Of a stretch of DNA of 64,000 nt, positions 38,245 through 52,109 are shown one piece after another. This stretch comes from Octopus sinensis (Eukaryota), in assembly GCF_006345805.1 (NCBI RefSeq), contig NC_043012.1, positions 49,228,001 to 49,292,000 of the forward strand, given 5' to 3'. Below the pieces are notes generated by a model. That model worked only from the letters and a program-made list of their open reading frames with translations. It had not been told where the DNA came from and did no database searches. Position 1 is the stretch's first letter. Every line of letters starts with the position of its first letter. Position numbers and translations under genes: made by a program.

Positions 38245-39241
38245 GTGGTTGTTGTTGTATACTGCATTTTTATAGAAATATCTCGAACATTTTCAGCTGA
38301 ATCTTGAGTGTAAATTATTGCAAAATAATTCAGCGCGACCATATTTGTCTTTAAAATAAATTAGCTCTTTATAAACATACAATAGTGGGGGATGCTATAT
38401 TCACCATTCTTCAATACGCTTTTATAGGAGTTTCCAGACATACTAAAAGCCAATCTTCCGAGAAGAAAAACTGATTTTGCTTTCATCCGTTTTCGGAAAT
38501 TCTGTATCTACAGGAAACTCCTTATAACACTTCGTAGCCAATAAAAAAAATACGCTGATTCTCTATAAGTAATACCAGAAGTACAAGTAGAAGTATACCA
38601 ATGAAGATTAGAGGCATTAGTGCAAGCTTTAATCAGTGACAATACTTCAGAGGACACAACCAAAACCTGGAAGAAAAAAATTTATTTGCTTCTTGTAAAT
38701 CCTGATATAGAGTATAAAACTAATACTGAATGTATATTTGATTTTGGAACGGGTCACGGCACTAAATAATATACAAACCAAACCAGTATTTCTCTGCACT
38801 CTAACTATACATAGTTACTAATGGACCTATAGACCCACTCCGAGAGTAAACAGGAAAGCTCATGTAAATTTCCCACTGGGTGGACACTGTGCACATAGTT
38901 TATAAAGATGATTGGATGTTGCAAATTAACAAAGCCGCTACATTTAATCTCACAAAGCATCCCCTTTCTATGTATAGACCTTCTTTTTCCAACTTTAGAT
39001 TTAAATTCTCAACTCCACTTGAGTTGTATATTCAGAATCCAACTGTTAATTAAACTAAATAATAGACTGAAATGTTCAATCGTGGGATATGCACCACAGA
39101 GGAGTTCATCGTTACTTTACTTAACGATAGCCACCTTCTCAATAAACGTAACGAGTTAAATAATTGCTGCTCACACCGTATAAGTAAAATTTGAAATTAT
39201 CGAAATCGACACGATCATAATTGCGACGAGGTACACTGGTC

Positions 39242-39861
39242 GATAATGAAGAGATCGAAGTGGTTGATGATTTCATCTTCCTTGGCTCCAAAATAAATCG
39301 AGATGGTGACTGCACTCCAGAAATAAGACGACGAATAGTTCTAGGCAGAGAGGCAATGGTCAGCATGAGCAGGGTCTGGAAGAGTAGAGACATCAGACTC
39401 GCTACCAAATGCAGATTGGTGAATGCAATTGTCTTCCCAATAGCAACATATGGATGCGAGACCTGGACACTAAAGAAAGCTGACCAGAAGAGAATTAATG
39501 CATTCAAGCTTTGGTATTGGAGAAGACTTTTACGGATTCCATGGACAGCGAGGCTCACCAATGGAGATGTTCTTAAGCAGATCAGACCGAAAATGTCCCT
39601 AGAAGTTAAGATCACCAAGCATAGATTGGCATATTTCGGTCATATTATGCGGAGAAGATCCCTGGAGAAGGACATCATGCTCGGAATGGTCAGTGGCAAG
39701 AGAGGAAGAGGCCGACCAAGAACCCGCTGGCTTGACACCATCAAGAGTGATACCGGAATGGACATGGCCAAACTAAAAGAAGAGGCCCAGGATAGAACTG
39801 ACTGGAGGACACAGATCCAACGAATAACTGAGAGTCGACTTCGACTGAGCGGATAGAGAGA
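39242..39861 (+). mobile_element. RTE (BovB-like) LINE, 5'-truncated, RT C-terminal region still open
   Basis: ORF 39221-39856: DDFIFLGSKI..EIRRRIVLG..YGCETWTLKK..FGHIMRR..GKRGRGRPRTRWLD..AQDRTDWR; 10-bp TSD-like TACACT(G/A)GTC at 39232-39241 and 39862-39871. Confidence 0.9.
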
Positions 39862-40890
39862 TACACTAGTCTAGTGCTGACATTTAACTTGACACGGTCT
39901 AACTAGCATCGTTATTCTCATGGAAGAATTGCATTTAGAATTGTTTAACGACACACTATGCTCCCGTTCTCTTTACCCTTGCGTCAATCCATTCCTCATC
40001 CTATCTACCCATGTACATAACCCAGTATTGCTTATATCAAACACATTTTTGTGAATTCTCAGCTGGTCTTGCTACCAATACGACATCTCGCAATACATTA
40101 CTTACTGTATCATTCAGTCTCGATATTGACAGATCGAGGGTTACAATACCAAGAGCGAAAATATTAGATACATGTGGTTAGGTATATGTAATTCCACATA
40201 TATATCATAGAGCTACTTAACCCTTATATGTGAAAACAAACACATGTCTTAGAAACAGAGTAACGTGCACGTGTGGATGTGGTAGTAAGTTGCAACAGCC
40301 TCACAGCATGACACAATAGACAGGGAGGATATGATTGTCCAGGACTAAGTGTCTTTTCGAGCATGTGTGCATATCTGTGCGTGGGTGGGCGTATCAGTGC
40401 GTGTGTGCAACTGTGCCTACGTGAACAGATGGTCATAGTTGTTGGCCTGTGCATGTGTGTGTGCTTGTGTGCATTCATAAGTATATACATAATTATGTAG
40501 GGAGAAGCTTACTCAATAGATATAGATATATATATATAGGGATATATAGTTTATTAAGTTATTTCTTACATTGGCTTCATTCTTCATCGAATCTTCGGTC
40601 CACATTAAGGTTTCAAGCCAACACCTTTGCAGGTATGTGTATACGAGCGTACGCATATATGAGTATGTGTGTGTGTTATGCATTTATAAATGTATATGTA
40701 TGTATAAAGGTATATATTTGTATATGTTTTCATGGATGTTTGTGACACGGTTTGGGTATATTAGTGTATATACGTATATATACATATAAACGCAGAGGAA
40801 TAATGCATTTATATATATTGCCCCAGCATAGCCACAGCTCATGAGCTGAAACTGGAATCAATCAATCAAAAAAATACATATATACATACA

Positions 40891-40926
<36 letters not shown>

Positions 40927-41118
40927 TATATTTATATATATATATATATATATAATGTGAAATAGAAAGATGAATAATCTTGTAGTAGATTAATCAAAAG
41001 TTTAACCGATACCTTAGTAGCAAAAATCACAGCAGTGAACAGCACGGTTGGAGGTACAACCATCTGGCGTTGCAACCGTGCGTTGGTGCGGATAATTGAA
41101 ATTAAAACATTATTGGTG

Positions 41119-41265
41119 ATTGAAGAAATGGAGCTGAACGCAGATTGAACAGAAATCGTTTTATTTCATTCTACACGTGTTTCGAAAGGCACGTGCCTTC
41201 GAAACACGTGTAGAATGAAATAAAACGATTTCTGTTCAATCTGCGTTCAGCTCCATTTCTTCAAT
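41119..41265. repeat. 147-bp spacer-less palindrome
   Basis: 74/73-bp arms are exact reverse complements except one extra A; centre AC|GT at 41192/41193. Confidence 0.95.
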
Positions 41266-41367
41266 TCATTTATATATATAATATATATATAGATATATAT
41301 ATATATATATATATATATTATTATATATATATATATAATATATATATTATATATATATATATATATT

Positions 41368-41658
41368 CAACTAATAACAAGGGCAAAAGAAAAAATTCTA
41401 ATGCCGAATATGCCGAAAATCAACTTAAATCGTCAATAACCATATAATTTATCACTATATGCACGCGTCTCGAAGCAAGCCGACAGATATTTCAAAACAT
41501 TCCGTTACTATCGTATCAGCTTCGATTTTTGAAATTTCTGTTGACTTGTTTCGAGACGCGTGCATATAGTGATGAATTATATGGTTATTGACGATTTAAG
41601 TCGATTTTCGGCATATTTGGCATTAGAATTATTTTCATTTGCCCTTGTTTATAAGTTG
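41368..41658. repeat. 291-bp fold-back element, ~130-bp imperfect arms
   Basis: CAACTAATAACAAGGGCAAA..GCACGCGTCTCGAA / TTCGAGACGCGTGC..TTTGCCCTTGTTTATAAGTTG with a ~30-bp spacer. Confidence 0.85.
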
Positions 41659-41803
41659 TTTATAAATTTAACCTTTAAAGTTATTTCTGATATGCTGGCC
41701 ATTGATAAAATTTTTTTAGAAAAATTTAATCCTATATTAGATATATATATATATACACACACGCAACGCACGCACAAACATAGATACAAAATTACAAACA
41801 AAA

Positions 41804-41841
<38 letters not shown>

Positions 41842-41859
41842 CGGGAAGCTTTATGAAAT

Positions 41860-42048
41860 AAACAAAAGACGAAGGCAGGTGGAAAACAAACGAACAATTG
41901 TATTAGTATGGCGCTCAGGAAATATAAATAAAACAAGTCTTTAACGTTTCGAGCCTACGCTCTTCAACAGAAAGATACACAGAGAGAGAAAAACACAGAA
42001 AGAAGGAGAGAAAAAAATGCGTGCAGTAGCTAACGAATCAACATGGCG
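41860..42048 (-). mobile_element. Short non-coding repeat, hammerhead-like family 2
   Basis: Motif 41938-41975: UCUUU / CUGUUGA-A / GAGC-GUAG-GCUC / GAA / ACGU / U / AAAGA. Confidence 0.7.
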
Positions 42049-42789
42049 ATATATATATATATGTGTGTGTGTATATACATATATATATACATAGATATGT
42101 ATATATCTCTGTGTGTGTGCGTATATATAGAAATGGCCGTATGTATATATATATATATGTGTATGTATGTAGAAATATTTATGTGAAAGCACATGCATGC
42201 TCCGCACGCACGCACACACAGACACACACATTTATATGAACAATGAAAAAAATGACAGAAATTGCAGGAGGGAAAACGTGAGCTCGGTCTAAAGCAAAGA
42301 TATATACTGGAAGGAGGCATGACAAAAAAAAATGAAAATGAAAATAGAAGTTAAAAGTCGTCATAAGAATAAATAAGATTAAGATGGAGGGAGCGACAGT
42401 TTACGTGTAAAGGGGAGAGCGGGTGGTCAACGTGCAAAAAGGGACAGCTTGTGATCAGAGTGTTGCGGGAAGAAGAGATATATATATGTGCGTGCAAGTT
42501 GTGTGAAATGAGATAACATGGTGAAAAATTGAACGCAAAATGAACATAGTGTACAACACCAGTAACAAAAGAAGCAACTAAAAAATTAGCAGAATATTTA
42601 AAAGTAACACAAAAGCAATGATAAAAAATAAATAGGAAAACAATACCAGTACCACCAAGATAATTCTATATAAGCAAACAATTGGTGAATCGTCAAGATG
42701 AACAAAACAATTCTACAGACAGCTTCTAAAGGCGATGATGAGAATGGCGGCGATGTAAAAAATAACGTCAGAAATAACAATAACGCCAA

Positions 42790-42806
42790 TAGTAGTAGTA
42801 GTAGTT

Positions 42807-42841
<35 letters not shown>

Positions 42842-42884
42842 TAGTAGTAGTAGTAGTGGTGGTAGTTGTAGTAGTAGTAGTAGT

Positions 42885-42926
<42 letters not shown>

Positions 42927-42960
42927 CAGTAGTAGTCGTAGGAGTAGTAGTAGTAGTAGT
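42790..42960. repeat. (TAG)n microsatellite
   Basis: Trinucleotide array. Confidence 0.95.
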
Positions 42961-42964
42961 ATGG

Positions 42965-43135
42965 ATTTCAATTTTTGGCACAAGGCCAACAATTTCGACT
43001 ACATCGACGCCAGTGCTCGACTACACTTATTCGACCCTGAGAAGATGAAAGGCAAAGTCGACCACGGCGGCACTTGAGCGTGAAACGGACGAAACACTGC
43101 TAAGCATTTTCCCGGCGTGCTAACGATTCTGCCAG
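42965..43135 (-). mobile_element. SINE family B (shortened variant)
   Basis: TTCGACCCTGAGAAGATGAAAGGCAAAGTCGACC..GGCGTGCTAACGATTCTGCCAG. Confidence 0.75.
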
Positions 43136-43560
43136 TAGCAGAAGGAGAAGAAGAAGAAATGAAGTAGAAGAAAAATTAGTAGTAGTAGTAGTAGAAGAAG
43201 AAAAAGAAGAAGAAGAAGAAGAAGAAGAAGAAGAAGAAGAAGAAGAAAAAGTAGTAGTAGTAGAAGAAGAAGAACAACAACAACAGCAAGAACAACAACA
43301 ATAACAAAGGGATTTCAATAAATGCAACAATAGCGGGAAGACGATGACGGCGATAATGACGTTCCCGGCATTAAATGACAGTAAGAAGAACAATATGTTT
43401 AAAAACATGTGTAGTTCAAACCAAAAGAGCAAAAACAACAGCAACAACAACAACATCATCAAATTTCAATGAAGAGAATAAAAACAAACGTAAACAATGA
43501 GGATGATTATGGGTAACATTGTATGATACGATTCAGAAAAACAATAACCATTTCAATGAA

Positions 43561-43629
<69 letters not shown>

Positions 43630-44162
43630 CATTAAATTCAATTACGATAAACTTTTTAGAAAGTTAAAGAAATGATTTTAAATTCTGAAACGCAGGATAA
43701 TGCTAATAATATAGCGCGAACAGGATATGCATATATATATGCATATATATATGTGTGGTGTGTGTGTGTATCTATATATATCTCACATATGCATACATAT
43801 ACGTATGTATATATGCGTATATATATATTGTTTATATTATTATATATATGTGTGTGTGTATGTATATATATGTATCTCGTTCCAACCGAACCCCACACTT
43901 GCTTTCCCTACCCTCGCCTTCCCCACACCACAATACCACTATATCACACTACCCTGCATGCACTAACACTGACCACTTCCCAGTACCCAAACCATCATCC
44001 ACATACCTACACATGCACACACGCACACGTGAAGATCACCAACCCGTATCCACACGCACATAGCGCTCTCACATACACACGCACGCGCCCCTTCGTTTTG
44101 GGATCATCACTACTTTATTATCTCTCCTTCTTCCTAGCTCTCCTGTCTGACCACTTCTGTCC

Positions 44163-44345
44163 GGCTTTCGCCATTTGTGATCGCTTGCCATTAAACCCTT
44201 TTAAAAATTTTCTTCCTCTGTTTCTTTCTGTGTTCCCTTCTATTGAAGAGCGTAGGCTCGAAACGTAAAAGACTTTCTCACTTCCCGAACGTTAAACTAA
44301 TACAACTGTTTGTTGTTTACACACCTGCCTTCGTCTTTTGTTTTG
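44163..44345 (+). mobile_element. Short non-coding repeat, hammerhead-like family 2
   Basis: CTATTGAAGAGCGTAGGCTCGAAACGTAAAAG at 44240-44271. Confidence 0.7.
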
Positions 44346-44403
44346 TTTGTTTTTTTTTGTATATATGTACATATGCGTGTGTATATATATGTATGTATGT
44401 ATG

Positions 44404-44488
<85 letters not shown>

Positions 44489-44825
44489 ACAGAGTGAGGC
44501 CGGGACTTCAACAACTGAGATATGATCCATCATCATCATCATCGTTATCATCATCAACATCAGTGTGATATCGTCATTATCAGCGTGATCTCCATGAATG
44601 TGATTCAAATAACCATATACATTCACTCCTACTGACATACAGCCAGACTTAGAGATAGAGTCACATAGAAACACTCACACACACACACAAATGCATGCAC
44701 ACACATACACACGCACTCACACCACACACATCTATAAGCATGGATAGATATATATGCAAAAATATACATATAAGTGTATACAATGCACACAAAGATTTAT
44801 GTATATTTGTGTGTGTATGTGTATA

Positions 44826-44887
<62 letters not shown>

Positions 44888-46039
44888 TATATATATATAT
44901 GTATATATATATATACACATATACATAAATATATGTATATACATATACATATACATACATATAATGTATATGTATATATGTGTGTGTATATGTGTGTGTG
45001 CGTATGGACTTAAGCGACAAAAATAACAGGAAAACATTCAACGAAGCACAAAAACTCTTACTTGTACACTAATTCCATGAAACAGATATACACATAATCC
45101 CCAAATGTAAACGAGCACATACACACACATACACACACATACACGCACGCACACACACACAGATCCACACCCCTACGCATACACACCAAAATACACACAT
45201 ACAAATACGTACGCACATGCATCAACGCACAGAAAAAGATGAACGTGGGACATTGAGTAAGAGATAAAAATTGTTTTGAGATTATTTCTGTGTAAAGTGG
45301 AAAATTAATTTAGTTTTTACTTTTGTGGTAGAAAATTAAGGAACTAGTTCACATTTATTTTCTCACTGGTACTTTATCAGATAAAGGTCACGACTGTTGC
45401 GTCTATATATTAGAGTAATGTGCATCACAGCTGCGTGTATACAGAAAAAAATCGTCTAAAATGAACATTCTAGAAAAAATCTCTGTGATTCTATTTCTTT
45501 TCTCTTTCCTATTTTTCTCCTTTTTTTGTTTTGTTTTTCATTTGATATTTTAGTTTTCTCATCAATTCTGTAAGATGTAAAATGAAATTCTAGAAAAATC
45601 TGTCCTAATATTCCTTATCACAGGTATCTTCAGGTTTTTCTTTATATAGATTTATGATAAGTGGTAGGCAAAATCCTGGATATGCTGACTCGTTTATAAT
45701 GCACGATTTCTGTATATCAGGTGATATTTCAAATTACTGCTCTTCCAATATTGATCAAGTTCTCTTTTTGATTTTGTTGATAGTCTTTCAACTTAATACG
45801 AACCATTGATGGTTTGTAAATTTGGATAAGTTCTTATGAAGTAGAGAATTAATTTTATGCAAAGCACTTCTCCGAAATATAAGTAAATTTAGTGTCTATG
45901 GGTCGTTCATAAAGTGCTGCATTGTAACATTGTATCAATTAGTTTAAAGCTACACAGACTCTTCTTCATTAACTGTATTTTTGTCCTTGCATATCTCCTC
46001 CCTTACTGCTTAACGTTGACACTAAATTCTTTCTAATTT

Positions 46040-46670
46040 TAGCACAAGGTCACTAATTTTGACGGTAGACGGCAAGTCAGTTACATGGACCCCAGCACTT
46101 GTCAGGTACCTATTCTCTTTTCTACTCTAAGGCACAAGGCCCGACATTTTGGGGGAATGGGCCAGTGGATTAGATCGACTACAGTATGCAACTGGTACTT
46201 AATTTATCGACCCCAAAAGGATGAAAGGCAAAGTCAAACTCAAAACGTAAAGACAGACGAAATACCCATTTCTTTACTACCCACAAGGGTCTAAACACAG
46301 AGAGGACAAACAAGGACATACAAACGGATTAAGTCGATTATATCGACTCTAGTGCGTAACTGGTACTTAATTTATCGACCCCGAAGATGATGAAAGGCAA
46401 AGTCGACCGCGGCGGAATTTGAACTCAGAACGTAGCGGCTGACGAAATACCTGTTTCTTTACTACCCACAAGGGGATAAACACAGAGAGGACAAACAAGG
46501 ACAGAAAAACGGATTAAGTCGATTATATCGACCCCAGTGAGTAACTGGTACCTAATTTATCGACCCCCGAAAGGATGAAAGGCGGAATTTGAACTCAGAA
46601 CGTAACGATTGATGAAACACGGCTATGCATTTCGGCCGGCGCGCTAGCGTTTCTTCCAGCTCACCGTCCT
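46040..46670 (-). mobile_element. Tandem array of SINE-B bodies (at least 3 units) with a single head
   Basis: Units of ~185 bp joined at GACGAAATACC (46257-46267, 46441-46451); head at ~46620-46668. Confidence 0.85.
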
Positions 46671-47144
46671 TTTTCCCCGGCGTTCAAACGTGTCTGCTAT
46701 CTATTCTATCGTCCCAGAAAGGATGCAAGCGAAAGTCAAATTCGACGCAATTTTAACCCACATCATAATGAATCGGAAGAAATACCGCAAAGTGTTTGTT
46801 TCCGACGATCTAATAATTGTGCCAGGTGGACACCTTTGAATAATAAAGGAAGTTAATCAAATCTTGTTTATATGACAAATAATTTTAGTTTGCAATAATT
46901 TTGCGGGATTTTTTTTTTTGCACATCTTCATCAAGAAGTTATTTCATATACGACTCTCGCGTGTATGGGCATAGCTCCTTCAAATTTGCTAACTACGTTG
47001 TTATTTACAAGCTTGAAAAATAGCTTACTTTTTCTATCACTGAAGAATATTTTTATTGTCATATTACATCTCTCACTTTGGAAACGTATCTCTATTTTAA
47101 CACATAGAGAATCTCTTCCAAGAAGTACCAATTTCTGTATAGAT

Positions 47145-47285
47145 GCTATATTTCCTGGTATATTTGTCTTGTTGATGCATATTGCTAACTTGTTAGGAAC
47201 AAAGCCAAAGGTGCTGTTTATTGTTGGCACAATTTTAGTTAATGTTTTCCACAATCTTGAAACTTCTAACCAGAACTCCAGTGAG
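47145..47285 (-). mobile_element. R4/Dong-type C-terminal remnant
   Basis: EVSRLWKTLTKIVPTINSTFG..IPGNIASIQKLVLLG. Confidence 0.6.
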
Positions 47286-49589
47286 CTGACAGAATAGTTT
47301 ATGCATTGGAGTATTTGCCATACGACGTTTCTTCTTGGTCGTCACGTTCAAATCCCGCTGGAGTCAATTTTGCCTTTTACCCATTCAAATTCGATATAAT
47401 AAGGTATCATTCAATACAAGGATCACTGACATCGATTAACATCCTCCCCATAAATTTCAGGCCTTCTAGATAAAATTTGAAACAATTTTAGGGGAAGGCA
47501 TTGTGATGTTAGAATGTAGATAAAGTCTTCTGTTGATTCTTCCAGCTCTTAGCATTCTGCGTTGAAGTAGCTCCGTGTTCTACGTTGCCTTTCATTCTTT
47601 CGGAGAGATAAAACAGAAGTACTAGATAAGCATAAGGATCTGTGACGTTGACTAATCGCCTCCCGCAAAGTTACCTGACATTGTATTTAAATTTGAAAGC
47701 TTTTTTTTTTTGTTATTGTATTTATTGGCTCTGGCAGTGAGTTTTTTAAATTTCACGATACCAACGGAATCCTTCTCATTCACAGCAGACTCGAAAATAT
47801 GATCACGCGCATCATATGACTAATTTAGATTTGGATGAGACTGAATACAGACACTTGCATTTTTCCATAGATAGAAGTGGTTGCCACTCACAAAGCAAAA
47901 CATTCAATTCGCTTTTGTGAAACTTTCAGGAGAGAGAAAATGATAAAATAAAAAAAAGCAATCCTCTGTGTGAATTAATGTTTAAAATTAATCTGGAAGA
48001 TATAAAATGAACGACATTTATTTCCATCCATTTACATGGTCCCTTCCAGTACTGCCTTTTTTTCTTTTCAAACTTATTTAAGTGTTGCTGTGATATTAAC
48101 AAATGTCTGAATCATGAATTAGGACAAATATGTGGAATATTTTACAGAGGTAATTGTGTAGACGGTTAGATAGATCACAGAGACTCTTCCATATAGCCTA
48201 CTTGGTTGATAAACAAAATTGACCCATGTAGAATTTGAACTTAGATGCCAACTATAAGAAACTGGACAAGGAAATCCACTAAGCGTGATGTTCCATCGTC
48301 TTATTTATCGCCTTTAAAAATTTTAGACAATTTACTTAAAATAAAGACATTATAGCACATCTCAAACTTTGGTGCAGTTTCAAACCCTACAAATTTTGGA
48401 GATAAAAACCTGTACACCAAATACCAGGGAGAAAAGTAAAAACGCAAGGTTAATGAAACCCATCTCTCACGGCTTGAAGTATTTCCCTCTGTACAATCGA
48501 CACCTAGATCAATATCACAATGTCGGGTAGACTACCAAGAGATGGTTATGAATGATTTCTCATTTGGACACTATGCCAACAACTTTGCGCGATCGACAAA
48601 ATAAGCACTAGTTTAGCTCTCGAGTCGATGCAATCAATTTCTCACTGGCCTCAAAATTGTGGACAACATGCCAAAATTAGAAAGAATTTAGTTACAATAA
48701 TATCAATAATTTTCAATAGATTTAAAAATTATTTTGAAAGAACTTCAAATATATTTATCCTGTTTCGAAGTGCTTTTGTTGAAAGATACGTATGATCTAA
48801 CAAATTTTACGGTAAAAAGATACCCAGCCATGACCATCCCCATCCATTTTAAAGCAGGATATGAATGATGTTTACAACGTTCATTTTATCCTTATATTAA
48901 AATGTTACGGGTATGGATTGAGGGAGATTTCGACGCTTATTCTTGCGAGACGAATAAATAGGAGAGAAATATTATACCGACACGGATTAAAGGATATCTC
49001 AGCAACAGCAGCAGGACTGGAGGATTAATTTGGTACAACAAAACTTGATGGGGATTTGATTATAACAAATTATATCGCTATATGACTGGTAGTTTATATT
49101 ATCAGGTTTAGAAGGATAGAACGGCAATGCTGGTTCTTGCAGTATTTGAACGATGAACATAAAGCTAGCTACTAAATACAATAAGGCATATTATCCGACA
49201 CTCTACGGTTTCTGATACTAATCATCATTTGTCACGCATTCACTTGATTCTGCTCACTACACTAACCATTTCTGCTACCCGCAATCTTTGCATTATGCTA
49301 TTAATGATTCTTAAAATAACCCCAAGATTGCGTGTTTAGAGAATTAGATTATTAGATTATCAAGACCATTACTTTTTCTATTCCTTAGTCATTAGAGGGG
49401 AAATGCCCATGACATTTTACTAGGATTTCGGGAGTTCTAAGAGGAATGGAATTCTCAAACTTGAGACACCGAGCCCGAATGTTTGCAACAAAGTAGATAT
49501 GCTTAAAATCCATAAGGACCAAGTGAGGGCCAGGAGTTAAACTTCTAGATGGCTTAAGTCTACCATCCACCGAGGAGGGAGTGAACATC

Positions 49590-49850
49590 ATCGACCTTAG
49601 TACTTAAGGGGTATTATTTCATAGTCGTCGAAAGAATGAAACGCAAAATCGACCACACCGGAATTTGAACTAAGAATTTAAAAACGGACGAAAAGCCGCC
49701 TAGTAATTATACCGGCATACTTAACAATTTCATTGGCCTCGAAAGGATGAAAGGCAAAATGGACCTCATTACAGTTTGAACTCAGAGCGTAAAGACTGAC
49801 AAAATGCTGCTAATCATTTTTTTTTCTGGTGTGCTAACGATTCTGCCACA
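49590..49850 (-). mobile_element. Two degenerate tandem SINE-B bodies
   Basis: GAAAG.ATGAAA.GCAAAAT.GACC..TTTGAACT repeated twice. Confidence 0.6.
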
Positions 49851-49959
49851 TCATTTATCTTTGCTGTCTCATACTAATTTTCCCAATTTTAGCGTAACGA
49901 TAGCAATTTTTGCAGGGCGGGGGTTAGTCGACTGCATCGACCCCGGTACTTGACTGGAA

Positions 49960-50170
49960 GAAGGAAAAGAAGAAAAAGAAGTAGAAGAAGCAGGAGAGTA
50001 ATGATAATAATAATAATAATAATAATGATAATAATAAAAACAACAATAAGAAGAAGAAGCAGAAGAAGAAACAGAAGAAGAAGAAGAAGAAGAGACGCAT
50101 ATGATGCAGAAGGAGGAGGAGGAAAAGTAGTAGTAGTAGTAGTAGTAGTAGTAGCAGTAGCAGTAGCAGC

Positions 50171-50206
<36 letters not shown>

Positions 50207-50242
50207 GGTAGTAGTAGTGGTAGTAGTAGTGGTAGTATAATA

Positions 50243-50327
<85 letters not shown>

Positions 50328-50352
50328 AAGAAGAAGAAGAGAAGAAGAAGAA
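49960..50352. repeat. Compound trinucleotide microsatellite (TAA, GAA, TAG, TGG)
   Basis: Adjacent arrays of several triplet motifs. Confidence 0.9.
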
Positions 50353-50950
50353 ATCGTTAAGCAAGAGAAAAATGCTGATGATGATATGAAGAAAAGGAAG
50401 CAAAGGAGATGGACAAGAGAAGAAATATAGAATTTCGGATGATTGTGCACTTTAGAAATTTTCTCTCTCTCTCTTTTTTATTTTTTTTTTGTTCGCCATT
50501 GAAATGTCTCTGCCAAACCAAATTTCACTGGTATCTAAATATATACACGTCTCTGAGGCTGTCTGCATGTCTATGAGTGTAGCTAAGTCTGTAAGTACGT
50601 GCGTCTTTGTCTTCTACTTCTCCACAAAGCATTTAAAAAATGATTTCGCTATCAGCTATTTTTAGTAACCTTATCTATTTATCTTTTTCTTCCATCTTAG
50701 CAATTCTAACTATCTGGTCGCACTGTAAAATCTATTTCCGCTCTTATGACCAAATTGCACGTCATAGCTTGAAAGAACTTCCTCTTCAGTCAACCTTACT
50801 CTTCTGTTATGTGTCATTTATCACAAACTCGTCACAAACTTCTAACAAAGAGTCTAATACAAAAATTGAGCTTAAACTCTTTCACACAAATATTTTTCTC
50901 CGGTATATCTATATCTATATGTATATATATATAATATATATGTATATATA

Positions 50951-51027
<77 letters not shown>

Positions 51028-51062
51028 ACACATATATATATATACATACACACAAACACACA

Positions 51063-51109
<47 letters not shown>

Positions 51110-51110
51110 T

Positions 51111-51141
<31 letters not shown>

Positions 51142-51897
51142 GTATATGTATATGTATATATATATAGATATACAGTTAGATATAGATAGATTGATGGATC
51201 TGTATACAAATATATAGATATGTGAGTATGTTTGTGTGCGTGTCTATTTATGTGTGTATGTATATGCATGTGATCTGGCGGGTACGTGTGGAAATCTCTG
51301 CTAAGTTATGTCCAGAATTAGATTTATTAAATTCCGTCTCTTAATCATGGGAGTTCAAATTCGCAGGAGTCTCGTGAAGGCAAACGAACTTCAATACTCA
51401 CTTTATGACCCCCGAGTCAACAAGAAGACCTCTTATTAGTCGTCTGAATTGCTATAAATAGCAACCAAATGTTCTTCGAATAACCCTCTGTTGTCTTTAG
51501 AAGAGAACACAATTGTCAACTCACATTGAAGGAGGGACACTTTTGACCGTAATTCTGCTTTATCGCGACTAAAGATTGAGATTAGATATTAACAATAATC
51601 GACAGACTAACCAATCGTTTACTTTCCCATATCCATTTCTTAACAAATTTAAATTTTTTCTCCCACTATATGTCAGTTCTCTTCTTTCTTTCTTTTTTCT
51701 TTCTTTCTTTATCTCTTTCTTTCTTTTTTCTTTCTTTCTTTATCTCTTTCTTTCTTTCTTTCTCTCTTTCTTTCTTTCTGTATTTCTTTCTCATCAGTGC
51801 ACACGTACATAGACAAAAAAAATATTGACCCCACTCTACAATGTGCGCGGATATGTCTCTCTCTCTCTCTCTCTCCTTCTGTCTCTCGCTCACTGTA

Positions 51898-51982
<85 letters not shown>

Positions 51983-52109
51983 GTCTGTCTATCTGTCTAT
52001 TTGTCTGTCTGTCTCCTTCACTCTTTCTCTCTTTCTCTCTCTCTCTCTCTGATATATATATATATATATAATATATATATATATATTATATATATATATA
52101 TATAGTTAA

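Noticed and set aside
39221-39856. 211-aa ORF as a host or domesticated gene
   Set aside because: It is the 5'-truncated RT tail of an RTE LINE with a TSD; an open frame just reflects a young insertion.
50700-50902. Possible 203-nt plus-strand exon
   Set aside because: Splice-like ends are present but the peptide is unrecognisable and the donor abuts a (TA)n tract.
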